Source of the DNA: Kondoa subrosea | Taxonomy: Eukaryota | Length of the DNA: 64,000 bases | Direction: 5' to 3' | NCBI GenBank assembly: GCA_039545335.1 | Contig: BCIN01000001.1 | Coordinates: 3,475,136-3,539,135 of the forward strand | Shown here: positions 1 through 11,936 of the stretch, one piece after another | How the letters are laid out: each line of letters starts with the position of its first letter | How positions within the stretch are numbered: the stretch's first letter is position 1 | The notes under the pieces: generated by a model | What the model saw: the letters and a program-made list of their open reading frames with translations, nothing else | Databases searched by the model: none | Told to the model about the DNA's origin: nothing | Program-made: the position numbers and the translations under genes

Positions 1-531
1 TGCAAACTTCCATTCTCACAGAACTCGAGGATGATAAAGAGATGATCTTTCGTCCTTTTAGACCCACGGTATTGAACGATGTTAGGGTCTGTAAGATCAT
101 CTGGAGCTCGCAATCGTACAAACAATCGAGAACTCGAGTGACTTACGATCTAAGTTCTTCAGCAGCTCGATTTCTGACTGTGAATCTCGTTATAGGCCTT
201 CACTTTGAAATCGGATAGTCCAAGCTCACCATGATTTCTGGCAATTCCGACCGAGGGATATTGCTCAATCCAATCTATTTGCCTTAAGAGTCAATCTCAT
301 TGCTCTGCTTGCAATAGCAAAACGCTTACCTGCTTAACAGCTACAGTCTCTCCTGTTGTCCAATTCAAAGCTCTGTAGACCTATTCTGTCCCATTGAGTC
401 GCTGAAAACCCATAGTAGCTATAGAGACTGACAACACCGAATGCACCACGACCCAAGACATCGGCCAGCTGGTATTGAGGTAATCCAGCAGGTTGTTGTC
501 CTTCTTCCGATTCTCCTCCATGATGATTCAT
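1..531 (-). CDS. Ser/Thr kinase, Cdc15/SepH (S. pombe Cdc7) type; N-terminal exons only, gene runs off the window start
   Basis: Spliced translation YQLADVLGRGAFGVV|YRALNWTTGETVAVK..IGLSNIPRSELPEIM|SEIELLKNLD|PNIVQYRGSKRTKDHLFIILEFCENGSL. Contains the Gly-rich loop, VAVK and the Cdc15-like EFCENGSL. Confidence 0.85.
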
Positions 532-846
532 CTAAGCTCTCCCTCCTTCTATGTCATTCCACTCTCAGCTTGCGGTATCCCTCTGGTTGGTTATAGGGGG
601 TCAATGCCTTCAATTTTGTATTGCTTCGTCGTTGCTGATTGACGTCGACATCCAACTCATTTCTCGCTCTTGATCACATACAAGCCACTTGTAAAGGCTT
701 CAGAAATGGCTACGAAACCATCTGTACGCCTTAATCCATCGGTAGAACGCGTAATAACGTAAAAGTAAACATTGCACTTTTATAGGTCATCAAGTAAGCC
801 CAATGAGCCCTTGAGTCACCCAGGTTGAGTGTCCGCTTTGAGAAGA

Positions 847-1130
847 ATGCAGGAGAAGATTGCAAAGCTCAAGCAGGAAATCGAAGCCATGGAAGCACAA
901 TTTGAAGCCGATGAGAACCCAGATGCAATGGTTAAGAATCATATTCAACTCCTGCATACTTACAATGATCTCAAAGTGAGCTTTTGTCTTGTTTAATAGC
1001 CAAAGTGTCATGAAACATTTACGCGGGTGAAAAGGATTCAGGTCAAGTACTGATTGGAAAGATTGCTACTTTGGAACGAACCACTGCTTCTGAAATCTAT
1101 CAACGCTTAGGATTATCTCACGAGGATTGA
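847..1130 (+). CDS. swi5: Swi5/Sae3 family recombination mediator; start uncertain, possible upstream ATG at 706
   Basis: MQEKIAKLKQEIEAMEAQFEADENPDAMVKNHIQLLHTYNDLK|DSGQVLIGKIATLERTTASEIYQRLGLSHED*. The HIxLLHxYNxxKD motif is diagnostic. One intron. Confidence 0.85.
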
Positions 1131-1197
1131 GAGAGTGAGTTAGTTTTCAATTCTTCATTTTGCTGCATATCTGTCTAATCGGTCTAATTGTGTAAAT

Positions 1198-2527
1198 CTA
1201 CAGAATCTTTTGTTTTGGGAAAACGAAAGCAGGACCGACTGTAATATAAGGGGCATGAGCATGTACAATAAGCGCAAGAGAGTAAAAGATAAAACGCGAA
1301 CCTTGACCAACAACCATTTGACCTAATTTATGACCTGCTTCAACGGCTTCTTCCAAACTCTTTCCAGCAATCAATGCAGCAGTAAAAGCACCAGCGAAAC
1401 CATCTCCAGCTCCATTGGTGTCTACGATCGATTCTTTTGGTAAAGGAGTTACATCAAACGTTCTGACTTCGTTGGAATCGGAAGTAGCTAAAACAGTTGG
1501 GTTGGTTCCGTGAGTGAGTGCTACTATTCTAGGTTTGCTCTGATCTTCTCTTGGTGAATGAGCGATTTTGAGCGCTACAGTTGACAAATCGGTTGGTGTG
1601 ATGTTGTGGGATCCGGCATAAGCTGCTGCTTCATCTTCGTTACCAAAGACGACGTTCACGTAAGGCATGACTTCATCCAATTGAGATGAGAAGAATTGAG
1701 GGATGAAAGGTGCGGAGAGGTTAAGAGCGAAGGTCTGTAAGGCGGAAAAAGAATCGACATGGATCGTGCTATATTGATCTCGACCGCGACTTACCTTCTT
1801 AGCAGCAGCGGATTGTTTAGCTAACTTGAGAGTGCTTTCCAATCCATGAGTAAGGAAGAAGCCTTCGACATAGTAATGCGAAGCGCCTTCAATTGCTTCT
1901 TTCACTTCAGGTTTGTCCAGATGTGAAGGAGTGAATTTTTCTGCTGCTCCAAGCTTGGTGACCAGTGATCTGTGAAGAAGATCCCGCAATCAGATCTGAC
2001 AGATCGACCTACGAGAACTTGCTCACCTGTCGTGCCCAGTCAAGATGACAGCGCAAGCTCCAGTAGGTTCGCTACCCTTTGGCTGTACTTGATAGATGTC
2101 CTTTAGACCTTCCTTTTTGTTTGCAGCACGAAGCTGTTCTGCCAGATCATCTGTTCCAACAGATCCAACATAGACGACAGAGTTCTCCGGCAGGCAGTAC
2201 TACCATACACATCAGCTTCGGAAATTCAGCACATTGAGCGAGCGAAGGACGTACCTGAACAGCTCGAGCGGCATTTTGAGCAGCACCTCCAGCAACGTAG
2301 CTGATTTCATATTTTTCTCTAACGTAGTCATAGATTGACTCATGCTTGTCTTCTACCAAGATCGCATCGTTGGACTTGAGATCGTACTTCTTCAAGACCT
2401 CTTCTCCGTCTTTGACTTGCAAATCCAGCAATCTGCATTTTTTGACCTGTGTTAGCGACCCTGATTCGCGCTGTTGAGTATTCCAGACGCACGGGTTACC
2501 CATTGACAACAGCTTGTAAGACGACAT
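1198..2527 (-). CDS. ADO1: Adenosine kinase (PfkB family), multi-exon
   Basis: MGNP|LLDLQV, YVAGGAAQNAAR, VGSVGTD, FALNLSAPFIPQFF, FGNEDEA, VDTNGAGDGFAG. Confidence 0.95.
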
Positions 2528-2925
2528 CTTTGGCAGTAGTAAGATTGGTTACGAGAAGACCTCAGAGGATTGATGTGTCAATCACCTGTCATGCCAGGTC
2601 GAAGGACATTTGCATTCTGAGCTGTCGCTTCGCTTCGTCATGTGTCTTTCTCTATGCCTCGCTTCATGACTGGCTGTTCTTCTTCTGCTCAATCAGCCTT
2701 ACATGCATTTGACATAGGCTAACGTCGTGAGCTGTCCATATGTCTGGCGATTAACAAGGCTCTGTTATTTGTCCCCGGCGCAACTCCTCTCTTTCCAGGA
2801 ATACAGTTCCGTCTGCGAAGTCAACTTGAAGCATAAGTTCACGAACGTGGTCAGGTTTGGTTTCCTTTGTGCTCGTTGCCCGGGATAAGATAGCGTCCGC
2901 TATGGCTTATCCTCTGTTCTATCTC
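2421..2925. repeat. Copy A of a diverged ~500 bp direct repeat: ADO1 exon 1/intron 1 plus upstream promoter
   Basis: Colinear blocks shared with 4637-5150: tttgacctgtgt.agcgacc, gggttaccca, atctttggcagtag.aagattggttacgagaaga, aagcataagttca.gaacgtg, tttcctttgtgct. Confidence 0.9.
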
Positions 2926-3509
2926 GCACACTCCCACACACAGAGAGAAGTGACTGTTACTCGAAGTGAAGAGGAATCGCGACCACTCTATATTGATGCA
3001 GACGCCAGAACCAGTCCATGTTTGCTCCTCTTTCTTGACATCCAGACGGGACTCGAACCAATACCTCCTTCATTCAAGCAAAAGATCTTTACTACTAAGC
3101 AAATCTCGTCTACTTCTACTCAATAATCTCAGGTCGCAGCATATGTGGTACAGATCTACATTAGTCGAATGCACAAAATCTCCAGGCATGGGAAGAGTTC
3201 TTTGCGCAAAGTGATGAAGAAGAAAGCAAGAGCACTCCATTGTACATGGCTTTGAAGATGATGATTGAGACAATGGTCAAGCTTGAGGATGAGTGCAGAT
3301 ATTTGGACGGAATATGCGCAGGAAGTATAGGATGGCAGATATGGTATTCACAAGATGTTTCGAAAGAAATAATGCAACGAGGTCGATGTCTACAAATAGA
3401 GTATCAAACTAAAGCAGGCTGCTCATTGAAGAGAACAATTACAAATCATAGAACAGCTAGTCTTCTGAATATACTTTACAGCTGCCAGTTCTTGACAGCC
3501 GCTGTATAA
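2902..3509 (+). other. Possible orphan gene or gene relic starting at the ATG at the right edge of repeat copy A; 3' end overlaps the opposite-strand HExxH gene
   Basis: ATG 2902 (MAYPLFY) aligns with ATG 5129 (MSQPLLY) of copy B. Two open segments (2902-3126 and ~3165-3509). No recognisable domain and the splice path is unresolved. Confidence 0.25.
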
Positions 3510-4553
3510 TAAAGTGTTGCTCGTATAGTGGCACCGATTCTTCTTGTTCTGGCATGATATCGGAGATTTCTGCAGAATCCTCTACAAATTCCGCTTCATT
3601 AATGCTTGAAGGAACAGAGGAAGATTCCGGCAGTGGTACAAAATCGATGAGTTGAGATGTCGAACCTGGATGAAAGAGTGGGAAAGTCGGGACGACGAGT
3701 TTGGAAATATCGGAGGCGAGTTGTCTTGCTCTTGATCGCTGAAGTATCCTTAAGCCATCCGGAGTGTCCGCTACCAATTGCCAAACGACTTCATCTGGCG
3801 ACAGCTAAATGAATTGGCTATAGACGAGCAAGTGACTCTGACGTACTGTAAGCAATTAGGTGGCATACGTAGCCCATCACAATCTCTTCTGCAACTTCTC
3901 CAGCTCGCCCTTTCCCGCTGGTTGCCAAACTTCCGCGTGAAGCTTTACGGTGTGAAGGAAGTAGAGCAGTCGATCCCCCTCTCTATATATAAGGAATTTG
4001 TAAAAGACAAAACTCAGGGAATGGGAGCAGAACCACTCACCATTATGAACAACAGATGCTTGAATTCATGTAGGAGTAACCCAAAAGTACCAAGGTAAAG
4101 GTGCCAAAGCTGGGTTTGCAATTTCGATACCTCCTCTTCTGTTTCAGCACCTTCGAGCTTTTCCAACAGCTCCTTGACCGCTTGATGCAACCTCATATTG
4201 ATATGTATGGTCGGTGTTTGAACTTGCCATTGTTCGCGCATTGTGAAAGCCATGGCTTTTGGGTATTTCGGTGTTACCGCAATAGTGACTTTCCTAATGT
4301 GATTGACAACGTAACCCCTCACTTGCGCATCGCATTCCACGCTGTAATGCTCGCGCCCCAGTTTGTAGCAGCTATAAGCTGGCCAAATCACTTCTCTGAG
4401 AGGGAATGCAGAAGCGTTCTCGATAGATAAGAGGCTTATAACACTATCCATGAGTGCAGGTAGATAAGAGGACTCCGATTTCTGATCATCGAAATGCGTT
4501 GCTCTCGAGGGAAATAGAGCCAGAAGCAAGGCTTTTCGTTCGAGTATGGACAT
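3457..4553 (-). CDS. Orphan protein with a zincin-like HExxH motif (putative metallopeptidase); 3 exons
   Basis: Exons 4553-4041, 3982-3869 and 3804-3457 join in frame at GT-AG sites, giving ..GLLLHEFKHLLFIM|RGGST..GKGRAGEVAEEIVMGY|LSPDEVVWQLV.. Confidence 0.6.
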
Positions 4554-4636
4554 GTCTCGAGCGAACAAGAGTGAAAATGGAAGGTATAGCTGTTCAGGAC
4601 AAGCAAGGCTCACCAAGCCCGACGGGGCCTAGTCAA

Positions 4637-5150
4637 AGATCAAACAATCGAAATACATTGTTTGACCTGTGTCAGCGACCTGTTCCTGTTCCTGTTATTG
4701 AATATTAGATACGCATGGGTTACCCAAAGACAATAGCTTGTAGGACGATATCTTTGGCAGTAGAAAGATTGGTTACGAGAAGAGCTCTGAATTTGAGTTG
4801 GCATACGGGAGGATGTCTGCTATCTGAGCCTGTACTCCGTACACTTCGCTTCACTTCGTCGTACATCTCTGTCTTTGTGTCTCTTAATCTCTTCTCTGTC
4901 TTCTTCTGCTACTCTCAAGCAATAGACCAAGATGCTAATGTCGCGAGCTGTCATGATCGGCGACTAGGCAGCTTCAGCCTGGTCAAGGCTCTGGTTTCTG
5001 CCGGTACATTCCTTCTGCTCTTCCCAGAAATACAATTCTTCTTGTGAATTCAAGCATAAGTTCATGAACGTGCTCAGGGTTTTGATTTCCTTTGTGCTGC
5101 TTAGCCGCGACATCACGGAACGTCTGCTATGTCTCAACCTCTGCTATACT
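4637..5150. pseudogene. Copy B of the repeat: degenerate ADO1 5' fragment (start codon and 5' splice site lost) plus promoter copy
   Basis: Minus strand ATA TCG TCC TAC AAG CTA TTG TCT TTG GGT AAC CC|ATGCGT versus ADO1 ATG TCG TCT TAC AAG CTG TTG TCA ATG GGT AAC CC|GTGCGT. Confidence 0.85.
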
Positions 5151-6600
5151 GTTTCTCGTGTAATGCCTGTTGTCACTGTGATTATAGCCTGGTTGAGCGG
5201 TATGTTGAACTAGCGAGCGATTCAAGTTTGACTGATCAATGTTTGGTGATCAGCCGGAACATGCGTAAGCATTCATCTCAAAGCCTTCTATGGGTCACTC
5301 ATCCGTATGTATAGGCTCTTGGAGTAGCAACGTGCGTTACCGTCAAGCAGATCATGTACAAGATCTGAGCATCGCCTTTAGTGAAAACATCAGGATCAAT
5401 CAAGAAGCAACGATTTGGCAAGCACGGCAAGATGCAGCTGGCCAACAAGGACTCAAGTTGCTCGATAGCGGTCTATCGTGTTTGCCCTTTCTTTCTTTGC
5501 ATCAGCTTCGCTAAGATATCGAACAGCCAATTGCCCGTACTTCGTCCCATGTAAGGAGCTCACTGTCAGACCATCATACAATATGCTCAGATGTTCCTGT
5601 TTACCTAGATACAGACGTAAGCTATTCTTTCGGCATGTTCAACACGAGGTTGACTGACCTATTCGTTGACAAGGTACCGAATCAGCCTGCTTCTTGTAAG
5701 TCATGCCTAAGATCTATCCTGATCGACTGATGTTTCATGACTGTCTACAGATGGTACAGCTCCAGGTCAGTGAAGATCTCAAGACATTCAACCCAAATTG
5801 ATGCTTCGTCCTCAAATTTATAGGATGGCATACCCTAAACGCTGTCTTTCTCTTCTTCCTCTTTGTATCTGAAATACCAAAGACCAGTCAGTCGTACCCC
5901 TTCCGACTTTGTTAAGTAGCGAGCTTCGATGACATTTTGTTTCGCTAGCATTCTTTATCGGCCGCATCAAGTACATTCCAATATTCGGCAAGAAAAGTAG
6001 TACATGGCCTAGTAATGTCCCTTCGCTCCTCTGTGTCCGACCTCCAATTAAACAGAAGCATAGCGGGACTTCTGGAAATGCTTTTTGGCTTGTCGATATT
6101 AGCGATTCCCGTCGCAATCATAGGGAATGTGATAGAAATCTGGTTTCGTTTTGTAACGTGAGCGAATGGCCAGGGTAATGTATGCAAAGGCTTGACACAA
6201 TTAGCAAACAGAGGATGGATGCTTATCGGAATTGGCTTGATCATCTTCATTCAAGGATTACTGAAAGGAGGCGGAATCAGAAAAGACAGAGGTCGTGAGC
6301 TTCTTCCATTGAATCAAGTAATGTCGATTCCGCTGATCGGGCTGATTAGAATATGTCAGCCCAGCAAGTGTAACCGGCGAATGCTCAAGGCTCACTTTGT
6401 ACACAGGTGGAAGAGAAGAAGAAGGACAAGAAGAAAGACAAATTGGAAGCTACTAATGTATGTCTTTACCTAAGCTGCTTTACATTCAGCTCACTTTATG
6501 CACTAACAGACCGCTTGGTCAGTGTATCTCTCTATCGCTCGCATGTGGAGTCACTGATATCTAAAGCAGGGCTGAGTTGCATGGTAATCTCCAGACTCTA
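5129..6600 (+). CDS. Probable multi-exon membrane protein of unknown function; boundaries approximate
   Basis: Many short GT..AG introns separate hydrophobic segments (GWHTLNAVFLFFLFVSEIP, FVSLAFFIGRIKYIPIFG, SIAGLLEMLFGLSIL, GWMLIGIGLIIFIQGLL) and a Lys-rich tail (EEKKKDKKKDK). Confidence 0.4.
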
Positions 6601-6963
6601 GGTCTGTCACCAGCATAGCGAATTAAACATGAGCTGATTGGCCTGGTTCGAAGTCGCTGCCAAGTGAGCTCTCGTGCCAATGACAAATGTCGAATAATTG
6701 AACAACTCTTGCAGTGCTAATCTTGGTGCTTGTAAGGCTTAGTAAAGAATCGCTCTCCGCACCACTTATACTCATGATGTATAGATTCTTCCGCGATCGG
6801 TAAAATGGAGTCAGCTGTCAAGAAGCTGAACGAGAAGGACAAATGATCCTGGAGGGAAATCTCAATTGTACATTGGCAAGTGGAATGCTCGAAAAGAGAT
6901 AAATTAGTTTTATATGTTTACATATCACAGAGTAGAAGTGTTAATAGTCTATTAGTTGCAACA

Positions 6964-8213
6964 CTAATGCCTCGAGTTCCTGTGCCCACTGATCAGCTTG
7001 GAAATGTCAACCACGGTCCAGGACGAAACTCACCCTCCTCTTATCAGAGTCAAGAACTCGCTTCTCGTTTTATCACTCCTCCTGAAAGCGCCCAACATAG
7101 CTGAAGTAACAGTCATGGCACCAGGTTTCTGAACCCCACGCATAGTCATACACATATGTCTACCCGAGAGATTGAGCATAGATCAATCGTATACAAACAG
7201 AGATGGGAAAATACGAAGCTTCCATGACTACTGCAACACCTCTTGGTTGTATAGCTTCTTCTACAGCTAGAGCTATTTGTTTCGTTAATCGTTCTTGGAC
7301 TTGTAATCGACGAGAAAAGGTTTCCGCTATTCGAGCTAATTTCGAAAGACCTAGCACGAAGCCGTTCTTGGATGGTATGTAACCTATTGAGACCTTGAAG
7401 AACAGTATGAGAGGAGAATATGACATAATAAAAGTAAGCTCACTTTGCCTGTGAATGGGACGAGATGATGCTCGCAAAGCGAAAAGATGTCTATATCCCT
7501 AACGATAACCATTTCATCGTGATCTTCCGAAAAGACAGCTTTCCCAATCACGTCTGTGGTTGCGTGCCAAAGATGAAGCTATGTTTATAGCTATCCCAAA
7601 GACACAACCGACCTGGTAATCGTTCCTCGTAACCTTTTGTCATCCACAACAAAGCTTTCGCGTATCGATCAGGAGTCCTTTGTAAGCCTTCTCGATCTGG
7701 ATCTTCACCTATACATTCTAAAACTGTTCGAATTGCTGAAGCTAGTTTAGCTTCTCTTGCTATTGTTTGAGCTGGTGTACTGTTCAGTCGGGCAAGAGTA
7801 TGTTTTCCTATCCACGATGGAGAATTAGAGATGTATCAACTAGTCCAGCTGTAGACCGACCTGGCCAACCTAATCCGTCTGTCAATGGTCACATGAGCGG
7901 AATGCACAGGAATTGAGATATGATCAAACGAACCATTATCTACTACCGGTGTAGAAGTACCGCTAGCTCTATGTATTCCATTTGTGACATGTGTTGCATT
8001 CGTGCTCAAACCAGTTTTGCCCATTCCATGCTGACTTGCTTCTTGCCTGAATCCAGCTAGTCGACGCTTCACATCCTCTTCCTCCTCTTCCGCTAAAGAA
8101 TCTTGAGCGTGAGTTAAGGACAAACGTTGTAACAGGTCAGAATGGTTTTCCTCATTATCGCAATCTTCTGCTTCCAGGTAATGTCTGCTTGTACTGGCTG
8201 TACCATAAGACAT
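6964..8213 (-). CDS. FOL2: GTP cyclohydrolase I
   Basis: [83 protein letters not shown]. Confidence 0.95.
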
Positions 8214-8349
8214 TTTGAATAGGACTCGCTGTACCGGAGCAGAAAAGGGGAGGAGAAAGCGGCGACTTGACTGCAAGCGCATGAGTTTGCATTTGTTGTT
8301 TGGTTACAGCGATTCACTTTTTGAATATNCCCCGCCAGTCCTGTGAAGA

Positions 8350-11300
8350 ATGAGCAGACGTAGTTCTAGAGGTGTAGGGCCTAGTAGGAGTGCAACGCAA
8401 AGCAGAGCCAATACACCAGCAGCAGCATCAACGACTAACACGACGACAGTAGCGGGTAAATGCTCTTCTAAATCTCACAGCAACAAGGAAGAAGCGAGTC
8501 TGTTGGAATATGTTGAACCTGTTTCTGTGCACTCTACGAATACAAACTTGAAATTGTTGAGATCAAACACGGAATACGCTGTTCTGACACAATGGTTGGC
8601 AATGTTCTGTCCTTCGATGCATGGCATGCAAGACTATTCTACTGCTGTTCGTCGCTGTCTTTTCTGCGCAATCATAGTGGGATTCTCATGATAGACATTA
8701 GAGATTGGAAAGGGATTTAGATGATACTATGCCTGATTCTTATGTTCCGCAAGTAACGGCCAAATTACTACAGAATCTTACTTTAGATCGTTCAGTTAAG
8801 TCAGTGACCTGTCTTTCCGATCTCATACTTTGATGCAAGCTTACTTGTCTTTCGAAACAACGCTTAGCCGAGATCATTTCTTACCAAAGTTGAGAAGAGA
8901 GTTTGCAAAAAGATCACCAGACGAAATCAGTCTATTAGGTCAAGATAATGTCGAAGAAGGCGAAGAAGGTGGTCCAGTAGCATGGGAATCACTTGGACCT
9001 CTAGACAAAGTGCGTAGTATAACCTATTCTTTGGCTCTTATTTAAGCTTAATGCTGATATAATTGTGTCAAGATCCATATCCTACATTCACTCTGTCAAT
9101 GGTTCTTCTTGGAAGCAGACAAGTTCAGAAATTTAGTAGGTGAACCGGACGATGAATCAGATTGGGTACATTCCATCTCCTTTAAATCCTATCTATAGAA
9201 GCTGATCCAATGCTATAGCGCATTCAACCTGTTGGTTACGATGGTGAATCTAACGCTTTATGGTTATTTGACGATAATCGATTATGGGTTCAACATTTCC
9301 CTCCTTCTTCTTCTTCTTCTACTTCTGGAAATCGCAAAGCTAAATCTACTTCCCTTTTACCTTCTCGTCTCCCTCCTTCTACAACCACAAAGAACAAGAC
9401 AAAAATCACGAAAGGTAAAGGCAAAGGGAAAAGATCTCTTGATGCCTTATCGGAAGAAGAAGAAGTTATACCAGCATCTAAAAAAAGAAAAGCAGGCACT
9501 TCTGCTTCTGATGAAGTAAACGCTTCACCTGGAAGAAGCACGCGAACTAGTAGAGGGATGGGAAGAAATAACGATGGTTGGCAAGCTATACCTAAAGAAT
9601 GGTTGACTGATCCAGCAACTAACACTACTACTGAAGAAAAGAGAAAAGGCGGAAAAAAAGGAAAAGGCAAGGGAAAGGGAAAAGCGAAACAGAAAGTTGG
9701 GGATGAGAGTAGCGAGTTGAGTGAGTTGAGTGAATCGGAGCAAGAAGAAGTGAAACAGGAAGAAGTTGAAGAAGAAGAAGAAGGGGAAGATATAGTGGAA
9801 GCATTGCCGTTGCCTGAGGGTTTCGTTGAGTGGGAGACGGTCAGTGCCGCGATCATCTCGATCTGTCTTTGACTGATGAGTTTGAATTGCGCACCTGACA
9901 GGTCTGTGTTACCCTTGAAGATTGGGAGGAGTATATCGAAAAGCTGTCCAAGTCCAAACATCAGGCAGACAAGATCTTCCACAAATACATTTCAAAAGAC
10001 GTCTTTCCTGCTATACGCGAAGAAGTAGAGGTGCGTGACGAAGCCAGATAGCGAATTACGCGCTTACCAAGACCTTTGTCATGCACAGGAAGAACGTGAA
10101 GCCCACGAGAAAGCTCTGGCCAAAGTCCTTGCGATCGCTGCAGCTCCAGTCTATGAACCTCGTAAACGCTCATCTCGTATCGCGACTAAAGAAACGGAGC
10201 AAGCAGTGCTTAAGCAGAAAGAAAACGCTGCTGCACGATTGCTCACCAGTAATCGGCGTGGTGCGGATCGCTCTCGAGCTGGATCGGCTAGTTTGGCTCT
10301 GCTCACCGATGAGGAGAAGCGAGAACTGCGCCTGCGTGAACGAGCGGAGCGAAAGATGGATCGCCAAGATAGCGCCGTGCTTGAAGCCGTGATTTCCGCT
10401 ACCCAAAAAGACCAAGAAGATCCAGAAGAAGAAGAAGAAGGAGAAGGAGAAGAGCAGCAGCACGAGCAAGAACCTACGCAAGCAGAAGAGACTGAAGGTC
10501 AAACAGCGCCCGAAACGGAGGAAACGGTACAATCTTTACCAATCTCTCCAATGCAGATCGATCCCGCGTCAGTGATTCCGCAAGAAGCCGCTTCTGAGCC
10601 AGATCAAGTTCCAGAGCAGAGAGCTACGACGGTACAAGACTCATTGCCAATGCCACCTGAACCGGTCAGTAGCTCTTTGCTGTCTTGACGCAAAAGTTCA
10701 TTCGATGATCTAGGAATCCGTTCAGCCCGCTCAGAATTTCGACATCGTAATAGAACCTGTTGTAGAGACTACAGCATCTGGGCGACCAAAGAGATCGAAA
10801 CCTAAAGCACCACCTGTTCTACCAGAACCGCCTAAACCGGTTCCGAAGAAAGCTGCGAAACGCAAAGTGCCCAAAGCAGCTGCTATACCTTCTATCCAGC
10901 AAGAAAACGGTGCCGATGCACAGAATCCAATCGATACAGCGATGCAAGAACCTGTAGTCGCAATGGATGAAGAGGAACCGCCTGAACCTGTGTCTGCAAG
11001 CGAGCCTGAAGAAGAGGATGAGCCCGATTACGAACCTTCCCCATCTGAAGATGATTATGACCCTCGAGAGTCAAGAAAGAGCGCTCCTCGCAAAAGCACA
11101 GCCTCTACCAGAAGATCACCTGCCAAAGCCGCTTTTCCTAACAGATCTCAATCTACCAGCCACCCTCAGAGTCCTCAGCAAATGCAGGGTCCTGCGCATC
11201 AACCCGCGATAGCCTATGGTGTGCAAGCACGTCCAACAAATACTCGACCAGCAGGCTCCATAGCAAATTCTCCTTATGCTGCTTCATATGCTCAATCTCC

Positions 11301-11784
11301 TCAATCTAACAACCCTGAATATCTACGATACATGCAACAACAGCAACAAATGCAACGAATGGCAATGACTCAAGGCTTGCCATATAACGGTATGCCTGGC
11401 ACTCCTTCCTCTCAACAAAATTATATGCAATATGCCAATTATCAACCTCAAATATCGTCTCATCCACAGATGTCACCTCATCAAACACAAGCTAATATGG
11501 CCCAATATCAATATCCGCCTCAGATGCAGCAAGCTCAATACCGCAATCCACCTGCTGCGACTTCTCCTAATCAAAACTATATTCAGCGATGGCAGCAACA
11601 GCAATATATGCTTCAACAGCAGCAACGGCAAGCCTATGGTCTTCCTCAACAGTCAATGCCTCAAGGACAGAATGTGATGGTTCAGCCAACTCCTCAGCAA
11701 TTCAATGCTGCTTCACCTATACCTGGTTTGGCAATGCCAAATCAGCAAAATATGTATGGTCAACCGAATCAATATCAGTCGTAG
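8350..11784 (+). CDS. WHIM/WSD-domain chromatin-remodelling accessory protein (Ioc3/RSF1-like) with acidic regions and a Q/P-rich tail
   Basis: EYAVLTQWLAMF, WESLGPLDK|IHILHSLCQW (WHIM1-like), RIQPVGYDGESNAYWLFDDNRLWVQ, EWET|VCVTLEDW, RKRSSRIA. Confidence 0.7.
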
Positions 11785-11936
11785 CGCAGAATCCTCATGC
11801 GGTAATGTGAAGAACCAAAGCAGAATCTCTGCCGGCAGAGCACTGCTTTGTAGTACATAGCATTTTCTAATGACAAGGTTTAGTCAAAATGTATTACTGT
11901 ACTAAACATTTCCCCTTCCCCTTTCAATTAGCTTCC

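Noticed and set aside
8329..8329. Single N between the divergent FOL2 and WHIM genes
   Set aside because: Assembly ambiguity, not biology
9290..9982. 230-aa minus-strand ORF and similar long shadow ORFs (22543-23034, 35525-36130, 28027-28443)
   Set aside because: Antisense or off-frame shadows of real low-complexity exons
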